Shown piece by piece: positions 28,914-38,991 of a stretch of DNA of 64,000 nt (position 1 is the first letter of the stretch; the number at the start of each line of letters is the position of its first letter). The stretch is taken from contig CAXXTH010000014.1 of the NCBI GenBank assembly GCA_963668025.2, forward strand, positions 32,001 through 96,000, in the 5' to 3' direction. Made by a program: the position numbers and the translations under genes. Source of the stretch: Candidatus Hydrogenedentota bacterium. Lineage in GTDB: Bacteria > Hydrogenedentota > Hydrogenedentia > Hydrogenedentales > SLHB01. Below the pieces are notes generated by a model. It was not told where the DNA came from. It ran no database searches and saw nothing but the letters and a program-made list of their open reading frames with translations.

Positions 28914-31391
28914 TCACGCCGAGGCGTCCTCCCCCAGCGGCAGCCGGATAATAAATGTCGTGCCCTTCCCTTCCTCCGACTCGAAGGTAAGCACGCCTTT
29001 GTGTTTATCCACTATGACACTACGTGAAATCGCAAGGCCCTGCCCCGTCCCCTTGCCGACATCCTTCGTGGTGAAGAAGGGCTCGAAAATGCGCTTGCGG
29101 ATGTCAACCGGGATGCCTGCGCCGGTATCGCTGATGCGAATTTCCACCACATCGCCTATCCGGCGGGTCGATACCGTTATCAGGCCTTTGCATTCTTTGC
29201 CATCGCCCACGACATCAGCGATGGCGTGCGCAGCATTCACCATGAGATTCAGGACAACCTGGTTAAAATCGCTCGGGTGGCAAGGCGTCAATGGCAGATC
29301 CGGCGCAAAATCCGTCGCCACTTCAGCCACATACCGCCACTCGTTGCGCGCTACGGTGATAGTGCTCTCGATAGCCTGGTTTAAATCCACCATCGATTTT
29401 TCCGCGCCGCCAGGGTGGGTGAATTGCCGCATGGCCCGCACGATCTCCGTGACCCGGCCGACGCCATCCAAGGTTTGCTCGATGGAAACAGGAATCTCCT
29501 CGGAAAGATATTCAATATCCGCCTGTTTCAGCGCTTCACGTGCCTGTGCAACCTCTTCCGACTCGGGCATAAGGGATTCGCTTGCCTGTACAAGCGCTTC
29601 AATCGCAGGTGTGACTGCCAATAAATCCCGGAAAGAATCCCTCAAAAACCGGACATTATCCCCGACGTATTGCATAGGCGTGTTGATCTCGTGGGCGATC
29701 CCCGCGGCAAGCTGGCCAATGGATTTGAGGTTTTGCGATTGCAGCACCTGGGCTTCAAGCTGCCTGCGCTCGCTCATGTCATTCAAAATGAAAAGCCCCG
29801 CCGCCACTTCATATTCTTGATCCAACACGGGCGTTCCCCGCAGATAGGCGGGAAAACGGCGGCCTTCCTTGTCAATCATCCCGGCTTCATCTTGCCAGCT
29901 TCCACCTGCCATGATCTTCGCAATCTTCTTGCCGGCTTCTTCTGGCTCCGTAAAGTACGAACGGAAATCAATCTCATGCGCCTTATCCATGGTGCAGCCG
30001 AACAGCATGCCAAACGCCACATTGATATAGGTCGCCTTGCCGTTCCGATCCACGGTCACTACGGCGTCGCCACAATCATCCAGGGCTTCACGTATTTGCA
30101 ACAGCTTGCGTTCCGCTTCTTTCCGTTCCGATATGTCGCGTACGCTCGCCAATACCTGCATGGTGCTGCTAAATTCAATTAATTTGGCGTTTACTTCCAC
30201 CCATAATAGGTTCCCATTTTTCTGTTTTATGAGCCATTCGACGAGCTGGGCTTCTCCCTGCACGATGCGCTGGATGACGCTCTTTGCCTCTGCGCGGCTG
30301 AATTCCGAGGTATTGGAGCTTAGGTCCAAGGCGCGAAGCGCTAACATCTCCCGGCGCGTATAGCCGGTCATCTCCAAAATTTTCGTATTAACCTCGACAA
30401 AAAGGCCCGTCTCTAGATCAATGACAACAATGCCATCATTCACGGCATCCAGGAAAATCTTAGAAATCCTCAGATTTTCTTCGGCTATTTTACGCTGGGT
30501 GACGTCCCTCGCGAATTCCACGACACCGTTTATATTCCCATCCACGCCGCGAATGGGAAATGTGAACAGCTCAATCCAGCCTCGAGGCCCCGATGGGCCA
30601 ATAAACGGTACGATATCGGAATGCGATTGGCCGCTTTTCATGCTCAAGCGTGCGGGACAACCCGCGCAGGGCTCATTTCTACCCTGAAAAACTTCATAGC
30701 ATTTTTTGCCTTCGATGGGCATGGCATGGGCATACCACCCTTGCAAAGCCTTATTGGCGCGCACCACGTTAAACTCTAGGTCTAGCACCCCAATACCGTC
30801 CTGGATGGCGTTGAAAACGGTATGTAAATACCGCTCGCCAATCCACAACGGCTTGTCGTTCTTGGTGGCGAGTTCAGATGACGCCGGTAAAAAACAGCTT
30901 TCAAATTCATTAATGCGCTTTTCCAGCGCCGATTTTCTCCCCAGAACCGAAATAGCCTGCGAGATATCACGGGTTTGGAAAGGTTTTTCCATGAAAAGAA
31001 GCTTGTCTGCTGGCAGTTCCTTCGAAATCGCCAGAACGGATTTCGTGTCCAGATGCCCAGAAATGATGGCTATTTGAAGAAACGGATCCAGGCGGTGCAT
31101 CTCAGCGATTAATTCAACGTTTTCTGGATGCGAACCAAGCACCAAATCAACAAACGCGACCGTATACGGTTCGCTTTTATCGAGCCCTATCCGCAGCGCA
31201 TCCAGCGCCTCCTGCCCGGTGGAGACAGCCATATAATACGGTTCAAGATCGCTAAAAGAACAGCGCAGTGTGCGCATGAACAGATCTCGAATGGCAGGCT
31301 CATCGTCCACAACGAGCACGCGGATATCATTACTCTGTTGCGCTTTTACTGGCACGGCAGGTGTTGCCTTAATACATACAGCATATGCCAC
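28914..31391 (-). CDS. Cytoplasmic REC-PAS-PAS-PAS histidine kinase
   Basis: GIAHEINTP, NLMVNAAHA, DTGAGI, FFTTK, GTGQGL. Confidence 0.92.
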   Translation of the reverse strand: MAYAVCIKATPAVPVKAQQSNDIRVLVVDDEPAIRDLFMRTLRCSFSDLEPYYMAVSTGQEALDALRIGLDKSEPYTVAFVDLVLGSHPENVELIAEMHRLDPFLQIAIISGHLDTKSVLAISKELPADKLLFMEKPFQTRDISQAISVLGRKSALEKRINEFESCFLPASSELATKNDKPLWIGERYLHTVFNAIQDGIGVLDLEFNVVRANKALQGWYAHAMPIEGKKCYEVFQGRNEPCAGCPARLSMKSGQSHSDIVPFIGPSGPRGWIELFTFPIRGVDGNINGVVEFARDVTQRKIAEENLRISKIFLDAVNDGIVVIDLETGLFVEVNTKILEMTGYTRREMLALRALDLSSNTSEFSRAEAKSVIQRIVQGEAQLVEWLIKQKNGNLLWVEVNAKLIEFSSTMQVLASVRDISERKEAERKLLQIREALDDCGDAVVTVDRNGKATYINVAFGMLFGCTMDKAHEIDFRSYFTEPEEAGKKIAKIMAGGSWQDEAGMIDKEGRRFPAYLRGTPVLDQEYEVAAGLFILNDMSERRQLEAQVLQSQNLKSIGQLAAGIAHEINTPMQYVGDNVRFLRDSFRDLLAVTPAIEALVQASESLMPESEEVAQAREALKQADIEYLSEEIPVSIEQTLDGVGRVTEIVRAMRQFTHPGGAEKSMVDLNQAIESTITVARNEWRYVAEVATDFAPDLPLTPCHPSDFNQVVLNLMVNAAHAIADVVGDGKECKGLITVSTRRIGDVVEIRISDTGAGIPVDIRKRIFEPFFTTKDVGKGTGQGLAISRSVIVDKHKGVLTFESEEGKGTTFIIRLPLGEDASA

Positions 31392-31601
31392 CGCTTTTGT
31401 CCCGCTTGAGCGAGACGATTAATGTTAAAAACCGTTCATTTAATAAAAGCCGAATTATACTCCATCCTTCCCCTGATACCCCGAAAAGCCATCAGGTTCC
31501 GTTATTTCTGCTTCTGACTTCATAAACCAATCCGGTTGAATATACCATAAGATGAAACGTTTTTTGTATAAACAGTTCGAGATTGCCGAAAGGAACTGCA
31601 A

Positions 31602-32207
31602 ATGCCTGTAAATAAACTGGTTACGGGAATACTTGGCCTTTCGCTCCTGTTCATTAACGGGTGCCAGGGCAGTTTTTCGGATGTTTCCGATAACACATCT
31701 TCTTCATACTTAATTCCGGAAGGAGTACACTCGATGCAGAAAGCCATATTCGGCGCAGGATGTTTTTGGGGAGTGGAAGCTGCATTTCGGCAAGTAAAAG
31801 GGGTCACTGCTACGACCGTGGGATATTGTGGTGGTGATTATGAGCATCCCTCGTATGAAGAAGTGTGCAAGGGAAAAACAGGCCATACGGAAACCGTCTT
31901 AATCGAGTATGATCCAGCCCAAGTATCGTATCAAGAACTGCTCCGAGTTTTCTGGGATAACCACAATCCAACTACCTTAAACCGGCAAGGCCCCGACATC
32001 GGCTTTCAATATCGGTCGGTCATTTTTTACTTCAACGCGGAACAACAAACCGCCGCCAATGAATCAAAACGCACGCTTGACGAGTCGGGGAAGCTGGCGG
32101 GCCCCATCGTCACAACCATCGAGCCCGCCAAAACCTTCTGGCCTGCCGAGGAATATCATCAGCGCTACCTCGAAAAACATGGATTCGCCGCGTGCCATAT
32201 CCAGTAG
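31602..32207 (+). CDS. msrA: Peptide-methionine (S)-S-oxide reductase
   Basis: GAGCFWG, GHTE, QGPDIGFQYRS, AEEYHQRY; alternative start at 31734. Confidence 0.95.
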   Translation: MPVNKLVTGILGLSLLFINGCQGSFSDVSDNTSSSYLIPEGVHSMQKAIFGAGCFWGVEAAFRQVKGVTATTVGYCGGDYEHPSYEEVCKGKTGHTETVLIEYDPAQVSYQELLRVFWDNHNPTTLNRQGPDIGFQYRSVIFYFNAEQQTAANESKRTLDESGKLAGPIVTTIEPAKTFWPAEEYHQRYLEKHGFAACHIQ

Positions 32208-32384
32208 GCGGCAAACCGTCCAGCCGGGCCACATGCATGAGGAAAAGTCCGGCGCTTGTGTGATAATATGTCGCTTGATTCGGCGATGGGCCGGAGCCCG
32301 GCATAATGATGGGGATGCCATGCCGCGCGATGGGCGGATAGCCTATCATGAGGAGGCGTGGGGAGTAAGGGAAACACCGGAAAT

Positions 32385-33005
32385 ATGAAAACGCGAATGA
32401 TCCGCTGGAGTGCATGGGTGCTGCTGCCGCTGGTAATAGGGGGATGCAGTATGTTCCGGGATAAAGATGGCCAAGCCGCACCTCCTGGCCGCAGCGCGGA
32501 AGCAACGGTGCAGCCGGGCGGCGATTACGAGGCGGCATTGCGCGAACTCGTCCGCAGAGACATCAGCTCCAACTGCACGCTCGATAACGATGCGGATGCC
32601 GTACTGCGCCATTCCACTCCTTATTATTACCGCGAATTGGTCCTATATCCAGACGGCCCAGATCAATTCACCCTTCAAATGCGGGAAACAGACTCCAAGA
32701 CCAAGCCGTATGTAGCTGAGGTCAAAGCTAATATGATTCGATATTGCACCAAGCTCAACCGCGACCGGTCGAACGCCGCATCCGATACCCATTTTTACCG
32801 CAGCACGGGTGAAGAAACGATGACCTATATGTTGCGCAATGGCCGCTGGACCCGTTCAGGGGCCTTGTTTGTCGCGGGAAAAGTGGAAGAAAAAATCAAT
32901 GGCGAATGGGTTCCTATAAAAGAAGAGATCCAGCGCGCCATGAATAAAGAGCCCGAACACAAGGGCTTCCTTGGAAAAGCATGGTCCTCCGTTTTCGGCG
33001 GTTAA
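32385..33005 (+). CDS. Hypothetical lipoprotein
   Basis: MKTRMIRWSAWVLLPLVIGGC lipobox-like signal. Confidence 0.75.
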   Translation: MKTRMIRWSAWVLLPLVIGGCSMFRDKDGQAAPPGRSAEATVQPGGDYEAALRELVRRDISSNCTLDNDADAVLRHSTPYYYRELVLYPDGPDQFTLQMRETDSKTKPYVAEVKANMIRYCTKLNRDRSNAASDTHFYRSTGEETMTYMLRNGRWTRSGALFVAGKVEEKINGEWVPIKEEIQRAMNKEPEHKGFLGKAWSSVFGG

Positions 33006-33027
33006 CCCACATATCGAGGAACAATAC

Positions 33028-33222
33028 ATGAAACATATGCGCGCGATTTCCATTCCTGCATTGGCGGACACCGATGACACGACAACCACCGTGTATACGG
33101 GCTTTTTGGATGTGCTGAGCGAAATCGTTAACTTTATTGTAAGCGGCACATGGGAGTCTGGATTCCAGATTTTCTCGGCTTTTGCCACTCTCTTCAATCA
33201 GGACGCCACGTTGACAAAATAA
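33028..33222 (+). CDS. 64-aa small protein with an amphipathic C-terminal half
   Basis: GAGGA RBS 7 nt before the ATG; MKHMRAISIPALA-DTDDTTTT-VYTGFLDVLSEIVNFIVSGTWESGFQIFSAFATLFNQDATLTK. Confidence 0.65.
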   Translation: MKHMRAISIPALADTDDTTTTVYTGFLDVLSEIVNFIVSGTWESGFQIFSAFATLFNQDATLTK

Positions 33223-33589
33223 CCTTAATACTATTTCGCGCCGCCATGCCTTACTGAGCGTGCAAGGGCGGGCAGTACCGATATGCTTCCGCCCCAATGG
33301 TTCAATCGAGGCGCAGGCGTATGCGGCCATGCGCAAGCAAGCGCCTCTTTGCATTCTATTCCACAATACCCATGCCATATTGAATCAATGCGTCTATTGA
33401 GGCAGGGATTCTCTTGCGCTGCCGGTGTGTATTGACAACAGAACACATATGGAGATAATAGCTGGGCGAACTCTAGCTGGATAGAGGAGGAATCTGCTCT
33501 AGACACCTTGATGGCTGGCGGCTTCGCGCGGTGGTGAAAAACCGCCAAGGCGGCCAGAGCAAATGCGGATGTGAATTCCAGGATGCTGT

Positions 33590-36500
33590 TTGCTGTTAGC
33601 ATGGAGTTACAGTTGGATGAAGAGGCTAGATAGTTGCTGTCTCGATGCAATCCTGCGGAATGCATGCATGGGCCCAATGAGGTGCCTGGCACCTATTCTT
33701 GTTGTATTTTCATTGATGGCGGCGCTTGTATCGGAGCCGGCCAGCGGTGAAACGAATACCGTGCATATAGGCGTGCTTGCCCACCAAGGAACCTCCAAAT
33801 GCCTGGAGCAATGGGGGCCTACCGCGGCTTATCTCAATCAACAGATACCGGGATACTCCTTTGACATTCTGCCGCTGGAATATAACCATGTGGAAGAAGC
33901 AGCGAGTAAACGCAAAGCCAGTTTTTTCTTGGTTAATCCCGCGCAATATGTAGCGCTGGAAAAACATTACGCGGCACAGCGCATTGTCACTCTGCGTGAA
34001 AAAGCCGCAAAAGGCGTCTCATCCATTTATGGCGGCGTCCTTTTTTGCCGCGCCGGACGTACGGATATTAATTCTTTCTATGATCTTCGGCATAAGCATT
34101 TGCGAGCGGTTGATTCAGACTCCCTGGGCGGATGGCTCGCCGCACTACGTGAGCTTAAGGCTGCCGGGCTCAATCCCGATACGGATTTCGCATCCATCAC
34201 CTTCGCAAAAACGCACGACCAGGTCGTCAGGGATGTCCTTGAAGGAAGATTCGATGTAGGTTCCGTACGAACCGATGTTCTGGAACGCATGGCCGCCGCC
34301 GACCTTATCCACATGGAAGATTTTCGTATCCTTATACGGCCCGGCGGAGTGGAAGACGGCTTGCCCTTTCTCTGCTCCACTCGTACATATCCCCAATGGC
34401 CTTTAGCCATAATGCCTGAAGTTTCGGACACCCTGGCTTGCCAAGTCAGCATCGCACTGCTAAACATGAAAGAAGATGATCCCGCGGCGCAGGCCGCGCA
34501 TTCCGCGGGATGGACTGTTCCCGCGAATTACCAGCAATTGCACGAGTGCCTGCAAGAATTGCATATGGCCCCCTATGAAGATTTTGGCCACATTGCCTTG
34601 CGGGATGTCATCATGCGGTATTGGCTCCTAATGCTTGTATTTGCCTTGGGCTTCATCTTGATTGTATCGTTTGCCGTACACAATATGCGGCTGCATATGC
34701 GCGTACGCGCCGCACGAAATTTTCTTCAGACCGTCATTGATGCGTTTCCCGAATTTCTTGTGGTTCTAGATAGAAATTACCAGGTGCTGCTCGCGAATAA
34801 AAAAGCCGAAGCTCATGCGGGAAAAAATCCCGTCACAGCCGCCTTGAAATGCCACCAATTATCCCATGATTCCGATGTCCCTTGTGACGGCAAGGAAAAC
34901 AAATGCCCCGTGAAAGAAGTCCTGAACACAGGCCAGCCGGCTACCGTGTTGCATCGATATTCCACCAGCGACGGCAAAACCGCATATATTGAATTGCATG
35001 CGGCTCCCATTTTTGATGAGAACGGCGCGGTTATCCAGGTCATCGAATCCAGCCTGGATATATCCGCCCGCATGATTGCCGAAGAAAACTTGCGGGAACG
35101 TGAAGAGATGTTCCGCGCCATCAGCGCTTCCGCGCAAGACGCGATCATTATGATGGACCCCAGCGGCCGGATCTCGTTTTGGAATGACGCCGCCATTCGG
35201 ATATTCGGCTGGACTAGTGAAGAAGCCATAGGAAAGGAGCTTCACCAATTTCTCGCTCCCCGGGATCTGCAACAGCCTTTTCTAGCAGCGTTTGAACAAT
35301 TCCAGTACTCGGGCCATGGAGAATATGTCGGAAAAATCATCGAACTCGAAGGCCTACATAAAGATGGAACCATATTTCCTTTTGAGATATCATTCGCTGC
35401 GGTCAAATTGAAAGGAGCTTGGAACGCCATTGGCATCCTGCGGGATATCACGGAGCGCAAGCAATCCGAACTGGCTCTTCGTGAGAACAATGCCCGGATA
35501 CAAGCGATATTCAATGCCATTCAAACAGGCATCACGGTTGTAGACGAAAACACACACTGTATTATTGATGCAAATCCAGTGGCCGCGCGCATGATAGGCC
35601 TGCCCAAAGAGCAAATCATTGGCCGGGTATGCCACCAATTCATTTGCCCCGCCGAATGTGGGAAATGCCCCATCTCCGATCTCGGCCTGCAAGTGGATAA
35701 TTCAGAACGAGTCCTGCTCCGGGCTGATGGTTCGGAGCTTCCCATCCTTAAAACAGTGGTACAACTCGAACTCGATGGGCGGCCCTGCCTATTGGATTGC
35801 TTCGTGGATATTTCCGTGCAAAAACGCATTAATGACGCCCTGCGTGAGGCCAAAACGGAGGCGGAAGCCGCCACTCGTTCCAAATCAGAGTTCTTGGCGA
35901 ATATGAGCCATGAGATCCGCACGCCCATGAATGGAGTCATCGGCATGCTGGGACTGCTGCTCGACACCGAACTCGATGAGGAACAACGCCAATTCGCTGA
36001 AACCATATCAAATAGCGCCGATGCGTTGATGTCGATCATCAATGATATTCTCGATTTCTCTAAAATTGAAGCAGGCAAGCTGGATTTCGATGAAGTCGAT
36101 TTCGATCTGCGTGTAACCATCGAAGGCATCAGCGATATATTGGCATTGAAGCCCCAAGAAAGGGGCATCGATTTCACGTGCTTTATCGAGCCCGATGTGC
36201 CTTCGCTCCTTCGCGGCGATCCAGGAAGGCTTCGCCAAGTGCTCACCAACTTGGCCAGCAATGCAATCAAATTCACTCCAAAAGGGGAGATTGCCATCCA
36301 TATCAGCTTGCTTTCCGAAACGGATGCCCAGGCCTCCATCCGGTTCGCTGTGCGTGATACGGGGATCGGCATAGCCGCGACTCAACTACCATCCCTTTTC
36401 GAACCATTCGTACAGGCTGACACATCCATCACACGCCGGTATGGCGGCACCGGCCTAGGCCTCTCTATAAGCAGACAATTAGTAGAGCAAATGGGTGGAC

Positions 36501-37795
36501 ATATAGGGGCTCAAAGTGAAGAGGGGAAAGGCTCCACATTCTGGTTCACGGCTGTGTTTCAGAAACAGGCGGCCGTGGAACCGCTAGAAACAGCGCCTAT
36601 CCAGAAACTAACAGGCGTACGGATTCTTGCGGTGGATGACAACGCCACCAGCCGCCTCATTTTGAATAAACTGCTCACTTCTTGGGGCTGTCTTTTTAAT
36701 GAGGCGGCCGATGCGGAATCCGCCATTCAAAAGCTTAGATCGGCCGTTGGCGCACAAAATCAATACGATATAGCGATAATCGATATGCAAATGCCCCAAA
36801 TAGATGGCGAAGCGCTAGGGAAGGAAATCGTAAGCGACCCCGCCTTGCACGAAACCGCTCTAGTCGGTCTGTCTTCCGTGGGCAGGCGGGGCGATGCGGC
36901 GCGCCTAGAAAAAGTGGGTTTCGCCGCATATCTTACAAAACCCATAAAATCATCCCAACTGCGGGAATGCTTGTCTACGGTATTGACAAATAAAAGCGCC
37001 AATACAAGCAATAAACATATTATTACACGACACAGTGTGATCGATGGCCGCAAACACCGCGTGCGCATCCTGCTTGCGGAAGATAATCCCACCAACCAGC
37101 TCGTGGCCGCCAAAATGCTCGAACGGCTTGGATACCGGGTTGATATTGCAGACAATGGACTCGATGCGGTGAAAGCATTGGAAACGGTCCTCTATGATCT
37201 CGTCCTCATGGATGTCCAAATGCCTGAGTTGGACGGCTTCGAGGCCACCCGCCGTATCCGTTCCCGCCAGTCAAATGTGCTCTGGCATGATATCCCTATT
37301 ATCGCCATGACCGCGCATGCCATGAAAGGCGCCCGAGAGATGTGTGTCGCAGCAGGAATGACGGGATATATAGCAAAGCCCGTTAATCCCAAAGAGCTCG
37401 CCGACATCGTTGCGCAAAATCTGCCCGCCGCCGCGGAATCAAAACCAATGACCGAACGGGAAGCCGAACGCATTTTTGACAAGGCAGCCGTGCTCAAACG
37501 GGTGGGAGCAGACGAAGAACTGGTGGAGCGCATCGTCCAGACATACATTGAAGATACTGCCCGCCAGCTCGCATCCATGCGGGAATTGCTCAAGGCGAGT
37601 GAGTTCCAAGCCTTGCAAGAGCATGCAAACCGCCTGCACAGTGCATCGGTAAGCGTTGGAGCCAGCGCCATGGAGAAGGCGGCTATTGAACTCGAACTGG
37701 CTGCACGGCAGGCCGAACAAGAGCGAATTGCCGTTTTGTTTGAACACATACATCGAGAGCTTGCTCGTTTCACAAAAACAGTTCACAATAAGTGA
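33590..37795 (+). CDS. Hybrid sensor kinase: PhnD/TtrS-like periplasmic binding domain, 3 PAS, HisKA, HATPase, 2 REC, Hpt-like
   Basis: WGPTAAYL, NPAQY, SLGGW, VRTDVLE; FLANMSHEIRTPMNG, GGTGLGL, LMDVQMP. True start probably slightly downstream. Confidence 0.92.
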   Translation: MLLAWSYSWMKRLDSCCLDAILRNACMGPMRCLAPILVVFSLMAALVSEPASGETNTVHIGVLAHQGTSKCLEQWGPTAAYLNQQIPGYSFDILPLEYNHVEEAASKRKASFFLVNPAQYVALEKHYAAQRIVTLREKAAKGVSSIYGGVLFCRAGRTDINSFYDLRHKHLRAVDSDSLGGWLAALRELKAAGLNPDTDFASITFAKTHDQVVRDVLEGRFDVGSVRTDVLERMAAADLIHMEDFRILIRPGGVEDGLPFLCSTRTYPQWPLAIMPEVSDTLACQVSIALLNMKEDDPAAQAAHSAGWTVPANYQQLHECLQELHMAPYEDFGHIALRDVIMRYWLLMLVFALGFILIVSFAVHNMRLHMRVRAARNFLQTVIDAFPEFLVVLDRNYQVLLANKKAEAHAGKNPVTAALKCHQLSHDSDVPCDGKENKCPVKEVLNTGQPATVLHRYSTSDGKTAYIELHAAPIFDENGAVIQVIESSLDISARMIAEENLREREEMFRAISASAQDAIIMMDPSGRISFWNDAAIRIFGWTSEEAIGKELHQFLAPRDLQQPFLAAFEQFQYSGHGEYVGKIIELEGLHKDGTIFPFEISFAAVKLKGAWNAIGILRDITERKQSELALRENNARIQAIFNAIQTGITVVDENTHCIIDANPVAARMIGLPKEQIIGRVCHQFICPAECGKCPISDLGLQVDNSERVLLRADGSELPILKTVVQLELDGRPCLLDCFVDISVQKRINDALREAKTEAEAATRSKSEFLANMSHEIRTPMNGVIGMLGLLLDTELDEEQRQFAETISNSADALMSIINDILDFSKIEAGKLDFDEVDFDLRVTIEGISDILALKPQERGIDFTCFIEPDVPSLLRGDPGRLRQVLTNLASNAIKFTPKGEIAIHISLLSETDAQASIRFAVRDTGIGIAATQLPSLFEPFVQADTSITRRYGGTGLGLSISRQLVEQMGGHIGAQSEEGKGSTFWFTAVFQKQAAVEPLETAPIQKLTGVRILAVDDNATSRLILNKLLTSWGCLFNEAADAESAIQKLRSAVGAQNQYDIAIIDMQMPQIDGEALGKEIVSDPALHETALVGLSSVGRRGDAARLEKVGFAAYLTKPIKSSQLRECLSTVLTNKSANTSNKHIITRHSVIDGRKHRVRILLAEDNPTNQLVAAKMLERLGYRVDIADNGLDAVKALETVLYDLVLMDVQMPELDGFEATRRIRSRQSNVLWHDIPIIAMTAHAMKGAREMCVAAGMTGYIAKPVNPKELADIVAQNLPAAAESKPMTEREAERIFDKAAVLKRVGADEELVERIVQTYIEDTARQLASMRELLKASEFQALQEHANRLHSASVSVGASAMEKAAIELELAARQAEQERIAVLFEHIHRELARFTKTVHNK

Positions 37796-37874
37796 AACGG
37801 CTCATCGCGTTGGGATCGGCGCGGGAAGCATATGCGGAATGGGCGTTAAGCGTCTTGTATGAGGAGGGAGTAGC

Positions 37875-38480
37875 ATGAAGATACTTGCAGCCGATGACGA
37901 TGTGACTTCCCGGCTTCTATTAGAAGCGATTCTGTCTAAATGGCATTACGAAGTGCTCGTAGTCAAGGATGGAAATGAAGCATGGGAAGTGCTTCAACAA
38001 GAAAATGCCCCATCGCTTGCCATTCTGGATTGGATGATGCCAGGATTGAGCGGGGCGGACATTTGCCGCCTGGCGTCCCAGCGCCCCGGCATATGCCACC
38101 CATATATTATACTACTTACCGCATTAGGACGCACCGAAGATATTGTCATCGGGCTCGAGGCTGGCGCCAGCGATTATCTCACCAAGCCATTCCATAGCGA
38201 GGAATTGCGCGCGCGTGTCGAAGTGGGCAAGCGCGTTGTCGAATTGCAAAATGACCTTGCGGGCCAAATCACCAAGCTCGAAGACGCCCTTGAACACATC
38301 AAACGCTTGCAAGGCATATTGCCCATTTGCATGCATTGCCACAAAATCCGCGACGATCAAGAATCGTGGCGCAGGCTCGAAGAATACATTCAAGCCCATT
38401 CCGAGGCCCAATTCAGCCATAGCCTCTGTCCAGAATGCCTGGAAAAATTTTATCCCGGCGATGACGAACCAGACGCTTGA
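37875..38480 (+). CDS. Response regulator with a Cys-rich C-terminal tail
   Basis: LDWMMP, YLTKPF; LPICMHCHKIRDD...FSHSLCPEC. Confidence 0.9.
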   Translation: MKILAADDDVTSRLLLEAILSKWHYEVLVVKDGNEAWEVLQQENAPSLAILDWMMPGLSGADICRLASQRPGICHPYIILLTALGRTEDIVIGLEAGASDYLTKPFHSEELRARVEVGKRVVELQNDLAGQITKLEDALEHIKRLQGILPICMHCHKIRDDQESWRRLEEYIQAHSEAQFSHSLCPECLEKFYPGDDEPDA

Positions 38481-38629
38481 AATCTGGGCATCCGAAGTGA
38501 TTAAATGCGCGGTTAATAGCGGGGACGAAAAGCCGCCAAAATAGGTTTTATGTCGGTAGGGCCATTGAGGCGGTATACTGAATAACCGCTTTGAAACCAG
38601 GCAATGCCTCCTGGAGTCTAATACGTATA

Positions 38630-38977
38630 ATGAACCACAGTGCTACAGAGACGCCTGAAAGTGAGCCTTCACTTCTAGGAACGATCGCGCATCATGAAGA
38701 GCGGATGCTTGCCCGCTTGGACGCTGCAAAGCAGAAGGCGGGGGAGATTATCGCCTTTGCACAGGCAAGCGTTGCGTCATTCGTTTCCACGGAAGCGGCG
38801 CACCTCGAAGAAGATATTTCCGCCATGTATCAGGCTGCTGAATCTGAGAGAAGGGGGCATGAAAACACGCTCCTAGAGACAGCGAAGCAGAAAGCGGCGG
38901 TGATTCGAGAGCAAGCGCTTAAGCGCGTCCCTGAAACCGCGAACACTATTGCCGAGCGGGTATTACCCCACGAATAA
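38630..38977 (+). CDS. V/A-type ATPase subunit G/H (probable)
   Basis: Ala/Glu-rich coiled coil in the first position of the operon. Confidence 0.7.
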   Translation: MNHSATETPESEPSLLGTIAHHEERMLARLDAAKQKAGEIIAFAQASVASFVSTEAAHLEEDISAMYQAAESERRGHENTLLETAKQKAAVIREQALKRVPETANTIAERVLPHE

Positions 38978-38991
38978 AGCCAGGAGGCCGT

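Noticed and set aside
28894-29820. 308-aa plus-strand ORF (likewise 35521..36372, 60340..61398 and other long antisense ORFs)
   Set aside because: Antisense shadows of well-supported genes in GC-rich DNA.
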